Assembly: GCA_964574895.1 (NCBI GenBank)
Contig: CAZNPB010000001.1
Span: 82,665-146,664, forward strand
Reading direction: 5' to 3'
Length of the DNA: 64,000 nt
DNA from: an uncultured Eubacteriales bacterium
GTDB taxonomy: Bacteria; Acidobacteriota; Aminicenantia; Aminicenantales; Saccharicenantaceae
In this document: in pieces, positions 8,982 to 22,023 of the stretch
How the letters are laid out: the number at the start of each line of letters is the position of its first letter
Numbering within the stretch: position 1 is the first letter of the stretch
The notes under the pieces: model-generated
Seen by the model: only the letters and a program-made list of their open reading frames with translations
The model's database searches: none
What the model was told of the DNA's origin: nothing
Translations under genes and position numbers: made by a program

Positions 8982-10793
8982 ATGAGACAGCTTTCCAAGT
9001 CCGGACGCAAGACCGGCCCGGTGGTCCTTCCCCTTTTGGCCCTCGCGGCGGCCTTGGCCGCCCCCGCGCTTTCGGCCTCCGTGCCGATCGCCAGGCGCGG
9101 CCGGGCCCTGGCCCGGATCGTCGTGGCCGCGGACGCGCCGGAGGCGGAGCGCTTCGCCGCCGACGAGCTGGCCCTGTTCCTCCGCATCGTGACCGGGGTC
9201 CGGGTCCCGATCGACAACATGCCCGGCCCGGCCGGCGGGCGCCTGCTCGTGGGTCCGAAAGCCGCCGCCCAGGCCGGCCCGGACTTCGACGCGCCAGGGC
9301 TGGGGCCGGAGGAGATCGTCGTCCGCTCGGTCGGCGGCGACCTGGTGTTGGCCGGGGGCGGCCCCCGCGGCACCCTCTACGCGGTCTACGCCTTCCTCGA
9401 GGACGTGGTCGGCTGCCGCTGGTGGACGGCCACGGCCAGCCGCATGCCCTGGCGGCCGTCCCTCACGATCGGCCCGGTCGCCATCCGCTTCCGGCCGCCC
9501 CTCGAATACCGGGAGCCCTACTGGTACGTGGCCTTCGATCCCGTCTGGGCGGCCCGCAACAAGGCCAACGGCATCCAGGCCGGCGGCGACGAGCTCCGGG
9601 GCGGACGTCAGCTCTACGAGGGCTTCGTCCACACCTTTTACCGCCTTATTCCGCCGGACAAGTATTTTGCCGCCCACCCGGAATGGTTCAGCGAGATCGA
9701 CGGCCGCAGGACCTTCGAGAACGCCCAGCTCTGCCTGACGAACGAAGACATGCGCCGGGAGCTGGTCCGGAACCTGAAGGAGCGGCTGCGGGCCAACCCG
9801 GAGGCGACCATCGCCTCCGTCTCTCAGAACGACTGCTTCGGCCCCTGCGCTTGCCCGAAATGCCGGGCCGCCGACAAAGAGGAGGGCGGGCCGGCCGGCA
9901 CGCTGCTCCGCTTCGTCAACGCCGTGGCCGCCGATATCGAAGCCGATTTCCCGAACGTGGCCGTCGACACGCTGGCCTATCAGTATACTCGCCAGCCGCC
10001 GCGCCTGGTCAAGCCCCGGCCGAACGTCATCGTCCGCCTCTGCAGCATCGAATGCTCGTTCGCCAAGCCCCTCGGCGATCCGGCCAACAAGGCCTTTTTC
10101 GAGGACCTCGACGGCTGGTCGAAGATCGCCGGCCGGCTCTACATCTGGGACTATACGACCAACTTCTCCCACTATATCCAACCCCACCCCAATTACAGCG
10201 TGCTGGCCCCCAATATCCGGTTTTTCGCGGACCGGCACGTCCGCGGCGTCTTCGAACAGGGCGCCTACCAATCCTGGGGCTCGGAGATGGCCGAGCTGCG
10301 GGCCTGGGTGCTGGCCAAGCTCCTGTGGGACCCCCGGCTCGACGAAGGCCGGCTGCGCCGGGATTTCCTGGCCGGCTATTACGGCCCGGCGGCCGGGGCC
10401 ATGGACGATTATCTGGAAGTTCTCGAGGCCGCCCTCGACAGGTCCGGCGAGGCCCTGGGATGTTACTCGCCGGCGGACGCCAAGTTCCTGTCGCTCGAGA
10501 CGCTGTCCCGGTCGTGGCGGATCCTGGAGCGGGGCCGGCGCAAAGCCGCCTTCTCGGCCGAGTACCTGCGCCGGATCGACCGGGCCCGGCTGCCGGTCGC
10601 CTACGCCGTGCTGGCCAATTGGGACGCCCTGCGGGCCCGGGCCGGAAAAACCGGGCGGCGCTGGCCCTGGCCCGAGACGCGGGACGCGTTCCTGACCTGG
10701 TTCCTCGACCGGGCCCGGGCCGAGAACGTCACCATGATCTCCGAATGGCAGACGCTCGCCGACTGGGCGGCCAAAGGCGGCCTGAAGAAATAG
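8982..10793 (+). CDS. DUF4838-like putative glycoside hydrolase, secreted
   Basis: Signal peptide, and an N-terminal ..IVVAADAPEAERFAADELALFL..TG pattern plus length typical of DUF4838 proteins. Recognised from memory only. Confidence 0.6.
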   Translation: MRQLSKSGRKTGPVVLPLLALAAALAAPALSASVPIARRGRALARIVVAADAPEAERFAADELALFLRIVTGVRVPIDNMPGPAGGRLLVGPKAAAQAGPDFDAPGLGPEEIVVRSVGGDLVLAGGGPRGTLYAVYAFLEDVVGCRWWTATASRMPWRPSLTIGPVAIRFRPPLEYREPYWYVAFDPVWAARNKANGIQAGGDELRGGRQLYEGFVHTFYRLIPPDKYFAAHPEWFSEIDGRRTFENAQLCLTNEDMRRELVRNLKERLRANPEATIASVSQNDCFGPCACPKCRAADKEEGGPAGTLLRFVNAVAADIEADFPNVAVDTLAYQYTRQPPRLVKPRPNVIVRLCSIECSFAKPLGDPANKAFFEDLDGWSKIAGRLYIWDYTTNFSHYIQPHPNYSVLAPNIRFFADRHVRGVFEQGAYQSWGSEMAELRAWVLAKLLWDPRLDEGRLRRDFLAGYYGPAAGAMDDYLEVLEAALDRSGEALGCYSPADAKFLSLETLSRSWRILERGRRKAAFSAEYLRRIDRARLPVAYAVLANWDALRARAGKTGRRWPWPETRDAFLTWFLDRARAENVTMISEWQTLADWAAKGGLKK

Positions 10794-10807
10794 ACGCGGT
10801 CTTCGGG

Positions 10808-13294
<2,487 letters not shown>

Positions 13295-13435
13295 GACCTT
13301 CACCTCTTCCTGGCATTAGAGACCAATGGCCGCGCCCCTGTCAAGAAAATGAGAGCGGCCCGCCGTCGAACCTCCGGCGCGGTTGAATTCCGGGCCTCCT
13401 TGGATTAGAGTTCCGGTTCGAGCCGAGGTGAAACC

Positions 13436-14728
13436 ATGACCCCAGACGCCCCCCGCCGCTCCCTCGAGGAGCTCCATCCCCGGATCCGGGCCCGCTTCCC
13501 GATGATCGATCGCGACTCGACCGGCCGCCCGCGGCTCTATCTCAACACGGGCGCCGGGAGCCTGACCGTCGACGCCGCCGCCGAAGCCGCCGGCCGGGCC
13601 CAGGGCCGGCTCAATCCGATGCCCGGCGCCGTGGCGGCCGGCGAGATCGAGACGGCCGCCCTCCACGCCCGGGCCCGGGACCTGGTCGCCGATTTCCTCC
13701 ATGCCGCTTCGGGCTCGGAGATCAGCTTCCACCTCTCGGCCACGGCTGCCTTGTTCGACCTGGCCTTCGGCCTGCGCGACGTCCCCGGGACCGGCGACAA
13801 CATCGTCGTCACCGACCTCGACCACATGGCCAACGTCTCGCCTTGGGAAACCGTCTTCGGCCGGGGCCGCGGCCTCGAGGTCCGCCGGGCCCGGGTGACG
13901 CCCGAGGGGACGCTCGACCTTGACCATCTCCTTTCGCTCGTCGATCGCCGGACCACGATCGTGGCCGTGACCGCGGCCTCCAACGGCACCGGCTCCCTCG
14001 TCCCGCTCGCGGAGGTGACGGCGGCCGTCCGGTCCCAGGCGCCCGGCGGCCTGGTCGTCGTCGACGCCGTCCACCAGGCCCCCCACGGCTCCCTGGACGT
14101 CCAGGCGAGCGGCGTCGATCTCCTGGTCTTCTCCGGCTACAAGGTCTTCGGCCCGATGCTGGGGGTGGCCTACGGCCGGGCCGAGGTCCTGGAACGCCTG
14201 CGCCCTTATCGCGTCGAAACGAACAAGGACGTCCCGCCGGGCCGGTTCGAGATGGGCATGCTCAACAACGCCGCTCTGGCCGCGCTCGAAGGGGCCCTGG
14301 GGTACCTGCTCTGGCTCGAGGACCTGATCGCGGGGACGCGGCCGGCCGCGCCGGACCGGGCCTCGCGTTTCCGGTCCGTCATGACCGCCATCGCCGCCTA
14401 TGAGGCCGCCCTGACCCGCCGCGTTCTCGAGGGCTTCCGCCGCGCCGCTCTCCCCGGCTTCCGCCTGTTCGGGATCGCCGACCCGGACCGGTCCGGCCGG
14501 CGCGTCCCGACCTTCGCCTTCGACGCCGCCGGCCTTTCCGCCACCGAGGCCAAGCGCCGGCTCTGGGACCGGGCCGGCATCCTGATCGCCGACGGCAACC
14601 ATTACTCGGCCGCCGTCTACCGCCATCTCGGGCGGCCGGAGGGGATCTGCCGGGCCAGCTTCGCCCATTACGACGACGCCGCCGCCGTGGACCGCTTCCT
14701 GGCCGCGCTGGCCGAACTTGGAAGTTGA
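13436..14728 (+). CDS. class V PLP-dependent aminotransferase / cysteine-desulfurase-like protein
   Basis: Class V fold pattern, including a SGYKVFGP PLP-lysine motif. GAGGTGA Shine-Dalgarno site. Confidence 0.75.
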   Translation: MTPDAPRRSLEELHPRIRARFPMIDRDSTGRPRLYLNTGAGSLTVDAAAEAAGRAQGRLNPMPGAVAAGEIETAALHARARDLVADFLHAASGSEISFHLSATAALFDLAFGLRDVPGTGDNIVVTDLDHMANVSPWETVFGRGRGLEVRRARVTPEGTLDLDHLLSLVDRRTTIVAVTAASNGTGSLVPLAEVTAAVRSQAPGGLVVVDAVHQAPHGSLDVQASGVDLLVFSGYKVFGPMLGVAYGRAEVLERLRPYRVETNKDVPPGRFEMGMLNNAALAALEGALGYLLWLEDLIAGTRPAAPDRASRFRSVMTAIAAYEAALTRRVLEGFRRAALPGFRLFGIADPDRSGRRVPTFAFDAAGLSATEAKRRLWDRAGILIADGNHYSAAVYRHLGRPEGICRASFAHYDDAAAVDRFLAALAELGS

Positions 14729-14753
14729 ACTGAAAGCCCGAAAAATCTAGAAT
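14725..14753 (+). promoter_or_regulatory. sigma70-type promoter candidate upstream of the DPP4-like gene
   Basis: TTGAAC (14725-14730), a 17-nt spacer, then TAGAAT (14748-14753). It lies about 100 nt upstream of the ATG at 14857. Confidence 0.5.
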
Positions 14754-14856
14754 GGACCTTCTCCGACATCATGAGACCGGTTGCCGACACCCTGTTCCCC
14801 GTCCGCGGGCCCGGCCCGCGCGCCGGACGACATTCCCTACCGACAAGGAGCATGAC

Positions 14857-17094
14857 ATGAGAAAGACCTCGCGGTCCGCCGCCCTGTTCGGCCTGATGAT
14901 GGCCGTCCTCTTCGTCGCCCGGGCCCTGCCCCAGGCCCAGCCCCAAACGGCGCCCGGTTCGCAGCGCCTGATCGGCAAGGCCCTCTACGAGAAGCTGTCG
15001 CGGGAAGGCCGCCGGACGATGGGCGGTCCCGGCGGCATGGGCGGCGGCGTGATGTGGACGCCCGACGGCAAGGCCACCTACGCGTTCGAAGACGGCACCT
15101 TCAAGCGGACCGACCTGGCGACGGGCGAAAAGACCCCCCTGTTCGACGACGCCAAGCTGCTGGCCGCGGTCAACGCCATGACCGGCCGCCAGGAAGCCAA
15201 GCTCTTCTTCCAGCGCTTCCAGTACCTCGACGAAGGCCGGCGGATCCAGTTCCAGGCCTTTAACAAGGTCTTCCTCTACGATCCGGCCTCCGGGAAGCTG
15301 GCCGCCTACGAGCCCGAGCGATCCGTCACCGGGGTCCGCGGCCGGGCCTATGGCGACGTCCTCTCGCCCGACCTCAAGTACCGGGCCTTCACCCGCAACT
15401 ACAACCTCTTCGTCAAGGACCTGGACGGCTCCGAGACCGCCCTGACCACGAACGGCCACGAGGACCTGCGCAACGGCTATCCCGACTGGGTCTACCCCGA
15501 GGAGCTCGGCCAGTACCAGGCCTTCTGGTGGTCGCCCGACTCGAAGAAGATCGCCTTCCTGCAGTTCGACGAGAGCCCGGTCTTCAAATATCCCATCGTC
15601 CACGACACCGCCGCCCAGCCCCGCTACGAGCTCCAGGGCTACCCCGTGCCGGGCGCGAACAACCCCATCGTCCGGCTGTTCATCGCCGACGTCGCCTCGA
15701 AGAAGCTGGTCCGCCTGGAGACGGGCGACGACCTGGACGTCTATCTCTACCGGGGCCAGTGGACGGCCGACGGCAAGGAATTCACCTACCACCGGCTCAA
15801 CCGGCTGCAAAACAAGGTCGAGCTGTTCGCCGCCGATCCGGCCACGGGCAAGACCCGCCTGTTCCTGACGGACACCGATCCCTGCTACGTCGACGAATCG
15901 ACCGACCTCGTCTTCCTGAAGGACGGCAAGCGCTTCCTCTGGACCTCCGAGCGCAGCGGCTGGCGCGAGATCTATCTCTACGACCTGGCCAGCGGCAAGC
16001 TCCTCAAGCAGCTGACCAACGCCAAGCTGCCGGTCCGCGGCCTCCAGGGCGTCGACGAAGCGCGAGGCCTGGTCTATTTCTCCGGCTTCGAGGCCAACGG
16101 CACGGAGAGCCACCTCTACCGGGTCAAGCTCGACGGCACCGGGTTCGTCAAGATGACCAAGGAGCCCGGGACGCACATGGTCAACCTGTCCCCGACCTTC
16201 GACTATTACGTCGACGGCTACTCGAATTTCGACCGGCCCATGACATCGACCCTGTACAAGACCGACGGGACGACGGTCAAGGTCCTGGCCGACGGCGCCG
16301 TCAGCCAGGAGTTCCGGGACCTCAAGCTGATCAAGCCCGAGCACTTCCTGTTCAAGTCGGCCGACGGCCAGTACGACCTCGACGGCCTCCTTTACTTCCC
16401 GGCCCATTTCGATCCCGGCGAGAAGTATCCCCTCCTCCTGACCCCCTACGGCGGCCCGGGCTCCAAGGGCGTCAGCAACTCCTATAAGATGGCCGACGGC
16501 AACCAGGCCCTGGCCCAGCTGGGCTTCCTGGTCGCGGTCTGCGACTACCGCGGCGTCTCGGGCCGCGGCAAGGCCTTCCAGAACCTCCACTACATGAAGC
16601 TCGGCCAGGTCGAGATCGACGATCACGTCGCCTTTGTCAAGGCCCTCGGCCAGCGGCCCTACGTCGACACCTCGCGCGTCGGCGTCACCGGCCACTCTTA
16701 CGGCGGCTACTTCACCTGCCTGGCCCTGTTGCGCTACCCCGACGTCTTCCATGTCGGGGTGGCCGGCGCGCCCGTCACCGATTGGCGGAACTACGACTCG
16801 ATCTACACCGAGCGCTACATGCGGCGCCCCCAGGACAACCCGGACGGCTACGACAAGGGCTCCTGCCTGGCCTACGCCAAGGCCCTCAAGGGGCGCCTGG
16901 CCATCCATCACGGCACGGTCGACGACAACGTCCATCCGACCAATACGATCCAGCTCGTCCAGGCCCTTCTCAAGGAGAACAAGAAATTCGACTTGATGAT
17001 GTACCCGGAGCAGCAGCACGGCATCGGCTTCCAGCGCTATCCGGAATCGCGGGTCGAGTATTTCGTCGAACACCTGAAGCCGGTCGTCAAGTAG
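14857..17094 (+). CDS. dipeptidyl-peptidase IV / S9B family serine peptidase, secreted
   Basis: DPPIV N-terminal propeller motifs (WSPDSKKIAF) and the catalytic GHSYGGY. The start at 14857 has AAGGAG 6 nt upstream and gives a signal peptide. The track ORF starts at 14752, inside the predicted promoter. Confidence 0.85.
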   Translation: MRKTSRSAALFGLMMAVLFVARALPQAQPQTAPGSQRLIGKALYEKLSREGRRTMGGPGGMGGGVMWTPDGKATYAFEDGTFKRTDLATGEKTPLFDDAKLLAAVNAMTGRQEAKLFFQRFQYLDEGRRIQFQAFNKVFLYDPASGKLAAYEPERSVTGVRGRAYGDVLSPDLKYRAFTRNYNLFVKDLDGSETALTTNGHEDLRNGYPDWVYPEELGQYQAFWWSPDSKKIAFLQFDESPVFKYPIVHDTAAQPRYELQGYPVPGANNPIVRLFIADVASKKLVRLETGDDLDVYLYRGQWTADGKEFTYHRLNRLQNKVELFAADPATGKTRLFLTDTDPCYVDESTDLVFLKDGKRFLWTSERSGWREIYLYDLASGKLLKQLTNAKLPVRGLQGVDEARGLVYFSGFEANGTESHLYRVKLDGTGFVKMTKEPGTHMVNLSPTFDYYVDGYSNFDRPMTSTLYKTDGTTVKVLADGAVSQEFRDLKLIKPEHFLFKSADGQYDLDGLLYFPAHFDPGEKYPLLLTPYGGPGSKGVSNSYKMADGNQALAQLGFLVAVCDYRGVSGRGKAFQNLHYMKLGQVEIDDHVAFVKALGQRPYVDTSRVGVTGHSYGGYFTCLALLRYPDVFHVGVAGAPVTDWRNYDSIYTERYMRRPQDNPDGYDKGSCLAYAKALKGRLAIHHGTVDDNVHPTNTIQLVQALLKENKKFDLMMYPEQQHGIGFQRYPESRVEYFVEHLKPVVK

Positions 17095-17124
17095 GCGGCC
17101 CGGCGAGAGAAAAGGAGCAACCCG

Positions 17125-18213
17125 ATGGCCAAGTTCGAAGGCGTGAAATGGTCCCCGCGGCAGATGCGTTATCTCCTGCCGGGGAAGCAGTTCGCCATCC
17201 TGGCGTCCGACGCCCAGGTCTACAGCGTCAACCGGTCGATCTTCTACGCCAACTTCCTCTGTTTCGAGGGGGTGCGCTTCTTCGTCAAGAAGGGCGCCGC
17301 CGGGCGCCTGGAGGTCAACTTCCTCAACTGGCACAAGAACCTGGAGCGGCTGCGCCGGGGCATGGCCTTCAATCTGAGCCAGTCGCAGGCCGAGCTCATC
17401 CCTTCGGTCGAGGAGCTCGAAGGCCTCATCATCCATCAGTACTTCAAGGATCCGGCCATCCGGGCCTTCCTCGAGAACATGGCCGAGAACGGCCAGCAGG
17501 GCTACCTCCGGCCCTACACGGTCGACGAAGAGCAGTCCATGGGCGTGACCTTCCCCGGCCAGCCGGCCCTGCGGGCCATCTTCTGCAGCTACGACAATTA
17601 CCTCGGCGAGCCGTTCACCGGCGTCATCATCCCCCACCTGGTGCGCGCCGTCGGGCTGAACAAGACCGGCTGCCTCAAGCTGGGCATCAACTATCTCATC
17701 AGCCTGAAGGCCCTCGAGGCGGCCAAAGAGGTCGATCCCAAGGCCGCCGCGGCCCTGTTCCTCGACGACCAGACCCATCGGCCCCTGGCCGAGCGGCGCA
17801 TCACCGAATGGGACTCGTCCTGTTGCTTGTTCGGGCTGCGGGACGGGACGGTCGTCAAGATCCCGGAGAGCGAGCTCATCCTGCCCTCGGTCACCATCCA
17901 GGGCCTGGTCGCCATTCTCAAGGACATGGGCGTCAAGATCGAGGAGCGCCACGTCGCCTACGGCGAGCTCGTCGAGTGGGTCAAAGCCAGGGAGCTCGTC
18001 GTGGCCGCCAGCATCGGCACGGCCGGCATCATGAACCGCTGCCAGAAGCTGATCTGCGTCGACGAGAAGAACGCGGCCGCGGCCACCCACGTCCCCGACA
18101 CCGGCCACCCGCTCTACGCCAAGCTGGCCGAAGCCAAGGCCGCTTATTGGGACATCTACAGGGAGAAGACCAAGCTGCCGGCCGGAATGAATCTCTACAA
18201 GTATTCGCTCTAG
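17125..18213 (+). CDS. class IV (BCAT/D-amino-acid) aminotransferase-like protein with extended N-terminus
   Basis: CLKLGINYLISLKALEAAKE resembles the fold-type IV catalytic-Lys motif (AAKAGGNYL.S). ILPSVT and SIGTAG segments resemble ILPGITR and TGTA. AAGGAG Shine-Dalgarno site. Confidence 0.6.
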   Translation: MAKFEGVKWSPRQMRYLLPGKQFAILASDAQVYSVNRSIFYANFLCFEGVRFFVKKGAAGRLEVNFLNWHKNLERLRRGMAFNLSQSQAELIPSVEELEGLIIHQYFKDPAIRAFLENMAENGQQGYLRPYTVDEEQSMGVTFPGQPALRAIFCSYDNYLGEPFTGVIIPHLVRAVGLNKTGCLKLGINYLISLKALEAAKEVDPKAAAALFLDDQTHRPLAERRITEWDSSCCLFGLRDGTVVKIPESELILPSVTIQGLVAILKDMGVKIEERHVAYGELVEWVKARELVVAASIGTAGIMNRCQKLICVDEKNAAAATHVPDTGHPLYAKLAEAKAAYWDIYREKTKLPAGMNLYKYSL

Positions 18214-18423
18214 AAGATAATAAAGAGGTTCTTCTCCCGATTCCGGGAGAATCCCTCTCTCCGGCTTTGCTCAGGGCATTGCCTCTGGGTCCCCGGCCCC
18301 CCTGGGAACCAGTTTGCACGGTTCCCCCCCGCTGCACGGGCCCCCCTCTCCAGCCACGGGGACCTTCGAGGCAACGCCCTTCGCCGCCGCGAGAGGGAAA
18401 CCCGGAAATGGGAGAAGAACCAT

Positions 18424-18483
18424 AAAAAAGAGACGCTCCCGTTCTTCCCGGCCGGGCGGCCGGCGCGGAAGAGAGGGAGCGTC
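18424..18483 (-). terminator. rho-independent terminator candidate downstream of the C69 peptidase gene
   Basis: On the minus strand, GACGCTCCC (long GC-rich loop) GGGAGCGTC is followed by TCTTTTTTAT. The stem arms lie at 18432-18440 and 18475-18483. Confidence 0.5.
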
Positions 18484-18505
18484 CCCTGTGTTTTGGGCCT
18501 TCCCT

Positions 18506-20230
18506 TTACAGGGACATGGCGATGAGCATCCAGAACTTGTCGCCGAGCTCCATGTACCTCTGAACAGCCGAGCGGGCCATGTCGTTGGTGTACTTGGTCA
18601 GATAGCGCTCGACCGTGAAGGGCTCCTTATCGGGGGTCTTGCTGGCCAGGATGTCCTGGACCTTCTTCTCCAGGAAAGGCAGGTCGGCGAAGGCCTTGTC
18701 CTCGAACTCGGCGATGACGCCCTCGACCGTCTTGCGGGTCTGGCCCCATTTCAGCGTGGCCAGGCGGTTGGCCCGGCGGAAGGCCCAGGCCGCCGAATCC
18801 AGGCGGAAGTTGTGCTGGGCGCAGATCTCGAAGCCGGGCGGCAGCTCGGTCGTGCCGGCGAAGATGGGGATGCGGGCGCTCATGGCCGGGTTGTCGAGGG
18901 CGAACCAGCAGATGGCGCCGACGGACGGGGGCAGCCAGCCGCGGACCTGGAGGACGGTGGCGTAGGCGCAGCCGGAGATGGGGATGGTCCGCTGGGGGAC
19001 GATCGTCCCGGGCTTGAGATTGTTGACGATATTGATCAGGTCCCGGGGCATCCAGGCGCTGACGATGCTGCTGGGGGCCATCTGCGGCGGGGCCGCGGGC
19101 TGGGCCGGCGGCGCGTTGCCGGGCCGGCGGCGCTGGCCCTGCGGGAAGAGGGGCATGTTCTTGGTCAGGTCGAGGTCGGTCCCCTCGTAGGGGTTGCGGT
19201 AGATGGCCAGGACGTCGCGGACCGAGAGCTTCTTCTCGGGCTTGACGGAGAAGGGCAGCTCGGGCATATCCATGGTCAGCTTGAGGGAGGGGGCCAGCGT
19301 GCTCAGGACGAAGAACTCGCGGGTGGAGAAGGGCCGGCGGCCGTTGTAGGCCTCCCAGAACTTGAACGGCTTGCCGCTCTTGGGGTCCCACCAGCCCATG
19401 TCCTGGGCCAGCTGGAAGACGTTCTCCGAGGCCATGTAGCGGTCGGGGTTCTTGAGGTCGATCTCGGCGATGCGGGGGATGTTGGCCGAGATGCCGACGT
19501 GGTCGTCCGGGATGCGGACGGCCGCCCAGACGGCGCCTTTCTCCAGGGGCCCGGCGCCCATGAGCTCGAAGTGCCAGACCTCCTTGCCGTCGGCGATGGT
19601 GAGGCACTCGCCGAAGTCGCCGTAGCCGTACTGCTTGACCAGGTCGCCGATCAGCCGGATGGCCTCCCGGGCCGTCTTGCAGCGCTCCAGGGCCAGGCGC
19701 TCGAGCTCCTCGATCATGAACATGCCCTCGTTGTTGACCAGCTCCTGGCGGCCGCCGATGGTCGTCTCGCCGATGGCCAGTCCCATCTCGTTGAGGGCCG
19801 GATAGGCCGTGTTCAGGAACCGGTAGGTCTCCGCGACCTGGGGGATCTCGCCGGTCTGGACGATGCCCCGCAGGTCGGTCGAGGTCTCCGTGTGCATCTT
19901 GCCGGAATAGATCTTGTTCATGGCCTTGTCCGGCCATTTCTGGCGGGGCACGATGTTGACCCACTGGCGGTAGGGGCCGTCGCAGGTGTGGCAGGTGATG
20001 ACCGAGCCGTCCACCGTGGCCAGGCGGCCGACCTGGATGGACGTGCAGCTGTCCGGCTCCTCGACCCAGGCCTTGGCGGCCGGGCCGGCGGGCGACGAGG
20101 ACGTTTGGGCGGCGGCCAGGCCGAGGGCGGCGACGAACGCCAGTCCGGCGGCCAGGCCGAGGCCCAGCACCTTCTTCGACCGTTTACGATTCACGAGGAC
20201 CTCCTCTTCGGGTGTTGGATTAGCGGACAT
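18506..20230 (-). CDS. C69-family dipeptidase (Ntn cysteine peptidase), secreted
   Basis: Signal region followed by CTSIQVG..DGSVI..H..D, typical of the peptidase C69 N-terminal nucleophile. Length and motifs are consistent throughout. Confidence 0.8.
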   Translation of the reverse strand: MSANPTPEEEVLVNRKRSKKVLGLGLAAGLAFVAALGLAAAQTSSSPAGPAAKAWVEEPDSCTSIQVGRLATVDGSVITCHTCDGPYRQWVNIVPRQKWPDKAMNKIYSGKMHTETSTDLRGIVQTGEIPQVAETYRFLNTAYPALNEMGLAIGETTIGGRQELVNNEGMFMIEELERLALERCKTAREAIRLIGDLVKQYGYGDFGECLTIADGKEVWHFELMGAGPLEKGAVWAAVRIPDDHVGISANIPRIAEIDLKNPDRYMASENVFQLAQDMGWWDPKSGKPFKFWEAYNGRRPFSTREFFVLSTLAPSLKLTMDMPELPFSVKPEKKLSVRDVLAIYRNPYEGTDLDLTKNMPLFPQGQRRRPGNAPPAQPAAPPQMAPSSIVSAWMPRDLINIVNNLKPGTIVPQRTIPISGCAYATVLQVRGWLPPSVGAICWFALDNPAMSARIPIFAGTTELPPGFEICAQHNFRLDSAAWAFRRANRLATLKWGQTRKTVEGVIAEFEDKAFADLPFLEKKVQDILASKTPDKEPFTVERYLTKYTNDMARSAVQRYMELGDKFWMLIAMSL

Positions 20231-20278
20231 CCACTCTAAGCAATCCCCGGCCGGGCTGTCAACCGATTCCTGGCCGGA

Positions 20279-21379
20279 TCAGCGCGGACGGCCCGGCCCC
20301 TCCTCTTTGCGCATGGACAGGACGAGCGTGACGACCGTGCCGACGATGAGGGCCGGAAAGACGAGATCGAACATGACCCGGTTGAAGACCGGAAGGGCCG
20401 GGCTGGCCCCGGCCCGCATCAGGGTCCAGACGATGTAAAGGACATAGCTGCCCAGGAACAGGGCCCCTTTCCAACGCGTCAGGCGATAGCCGGTCCGGAA
20501 CAGGGGCAGACAGGCCAGGGCCACGACGACCATGAGCGGGATATCGGCCGTCAGGAGGCCCGGGGCGACTTGGAGCTTCCCGCCGACGGCCAGCCCGCTG
20601 AAGCCCAGGACGGAGAAGATGTTGAAGATATTGCTGCCGACGATGTTGCCGATGGCGATATCGCGGGCGCCTTTGAAAGCCGCGACGACCGAGGTGGCCA
20701 GCTCGGGCAGGGACGTCCCGGCGGCCACGATGGTCAGGCCGATGACCGCGTCGCTGACCCCGAAGGCCCGGGCTAGACCGGTAGCGGCCCAGACCAGGGC
20801 CCGGGAGCCGAGGACGAGGGCCCCGATCCCCAGGACGATCAAGCCCAGGTTCGGCAGGAGGGCCAGGCGCCGGGCCGTCGAAGGGCCGGCGGCCTCCGGC
20901 TCCTCTTCCACCCCGGCCGCGGCGATCCTCTCTCGCCGGGCCTCGGAGACCAGGAAAAGCGTATAGGCGACGACAAGCGAGGCCAGGAGCAGGCTGTCGA
21001 GAAATCCGACGGCGCCATCGGCGGCCAGGACATAGAGCAGGACCGAGGCTCCGATCATGACCGGCACGTCGAGGCGGACCAGTTGACGATCGACGGCCAG
21101 CGGCGCGACCAGCGCCGAGAGGCCCAGGATGGCCAGGACATTGAAGATATTGCTGCCGACGACGTTGGCCACGCTCAAGGTCGAGGCCCCCGAGAAGGCC
21201 GCGGCCACGCTGACGGCCAGCTCGGGGGCGCTGGTGCCGAAGGCGACGATGGTCAACCCGATGACGAGCGGCGTGACTCCGGCGGCCAAGGCCAGGCGCG
21301 AGGCGCCCTTGACCAGCGCGTCCGCTCCCAGGACGAGAACGGCCAGCCCCGCGGCCAGGACGGCGAAATGGGCCATCAT
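20279..21379 (-). CDS. CaCA-family Na+/Ca2+ (YrbG-like) antiporter
   Basis: Two alpha-repeat motifs (GTSAPE and GTSLPE) in a polytopic protein. The real start is ATGATG at 21379, with GAGGAGG upstream. It overlaps the upstream stop by ATGA. The 610-aa track ORF is an over-extension. Confidence 0.85.
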   Translation of the reverse strand: MMAHFAVLAAGLAVLVLGADALVKGASRLALAAGVTPLVIGLTIVAFGTSAPELAVSVAAAFSGASTLSVANVVGSNIFNVLAILGLSALVAPLAVDRQLVRLDVPVMIGASVLLYVLAADGAVGFLDSLLLASLVVAYTLFLVSEARRERIAAAGVEEEPEAAGPSTARRLALLPNLGLIVLGIGALVLGSRALVWAATGLARAFGVSDAVIGLTIVAAGTSLPELATSVVAAFKGARDIAIGNIVGSNIFNIFSVLGFSGLAVGGKLQVAPGLLTADIPLMVVVALACLPLFRTGYRLTRWKGALFLGSYVLYIVWTLMRAGASPALPVFNRVMFDLVFPALIVGTVVTLVLSMRKEEGPGRPR

Positions 21380-22023
21380 CCGGGCCTCCTCTCCCCTGTC
21401 AGGACCGAATACATCTCCGCGGCCGTGGTCGCCGGCCCGACCGGCACCGTCAGGACCTCGGCGCCCCGTTCGCGGTAGTACCCGACGAGGGGCGCCGTCC
21501 GCTGCCGGAAGATCTCGAGCCGGCGGCCGACGGAGGCGGGGTCGTCGTCCGCCCGCCCGGCCCGGTCGCGCCCGGGATCGAGCCGCAGCCGTTCGATCAG
21601 CGCGGCGGGGTCCGCTTCGAGCGAAACGACGGCCCCGACGGAGATCAAGCCGGACAGGGCCTCGGCCTGGCTCCGATGCCGGGGCAGGCCGTTGAGCGCC
21701 AGTCCGTCGCCGGGGGCCCGGAGACGTTCCGCCGCGAAACGGGACAGGATCTTGAGGATCAGGGGCAGGTCTCCGGCCTCGAACAGGGCGCCCGTCGCGA
21801 GCGAGTTCCGGATGGCCGCCAATTCCGCGGGCGCGAGACCGCTGGCCGCGTCCGTCAGGCCGGCCTGGGCCCGGAGCCGGGCCCCGAAATCGAAATGGAC
21901 GAACCGGCGGCCCCGGAAGCCGCGCCGCTCGATCTCCTCGCCGAGCGGGGTTTTGCCCGAGCCCGTCGGGCCGACGAGAAGGAGGGCCGGCCAGGGCGGG
22001 GACGGCGCCGGGCCGCGACTCAA
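21376..22023 (-). CDS. adenylate-kinase-like P-loop NMP kinase (divergent)
   Basis: P-loop [13 protein letters not shown] resembles the Adk DGFPR motif. [27 protein letters not shown] resembles the Adk R.DD..E.v.kRL.vY...T.PlidyY motif. ATGA overlaps at both ends. Confidence 0.6.
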   Translation of the reverse strand: MSRGPAPSPPWPALLLVGPTGSGKTPLGEEIERRGFRGRRFVHFDFGARLRAQAGLTDAASGLAPAELAAIRNSLATGALFEAGDLPLILKILSRFAAERLRAPGDGLALNGLPRHRSQAEALSGLISVGAVVSLEADPAALIERLRLDPGRDRAGRADDDPASVGRRLEIFRQRTAPLVGYYRERGAEVLTVPVGPATTAAEMYSVLTGERRPG

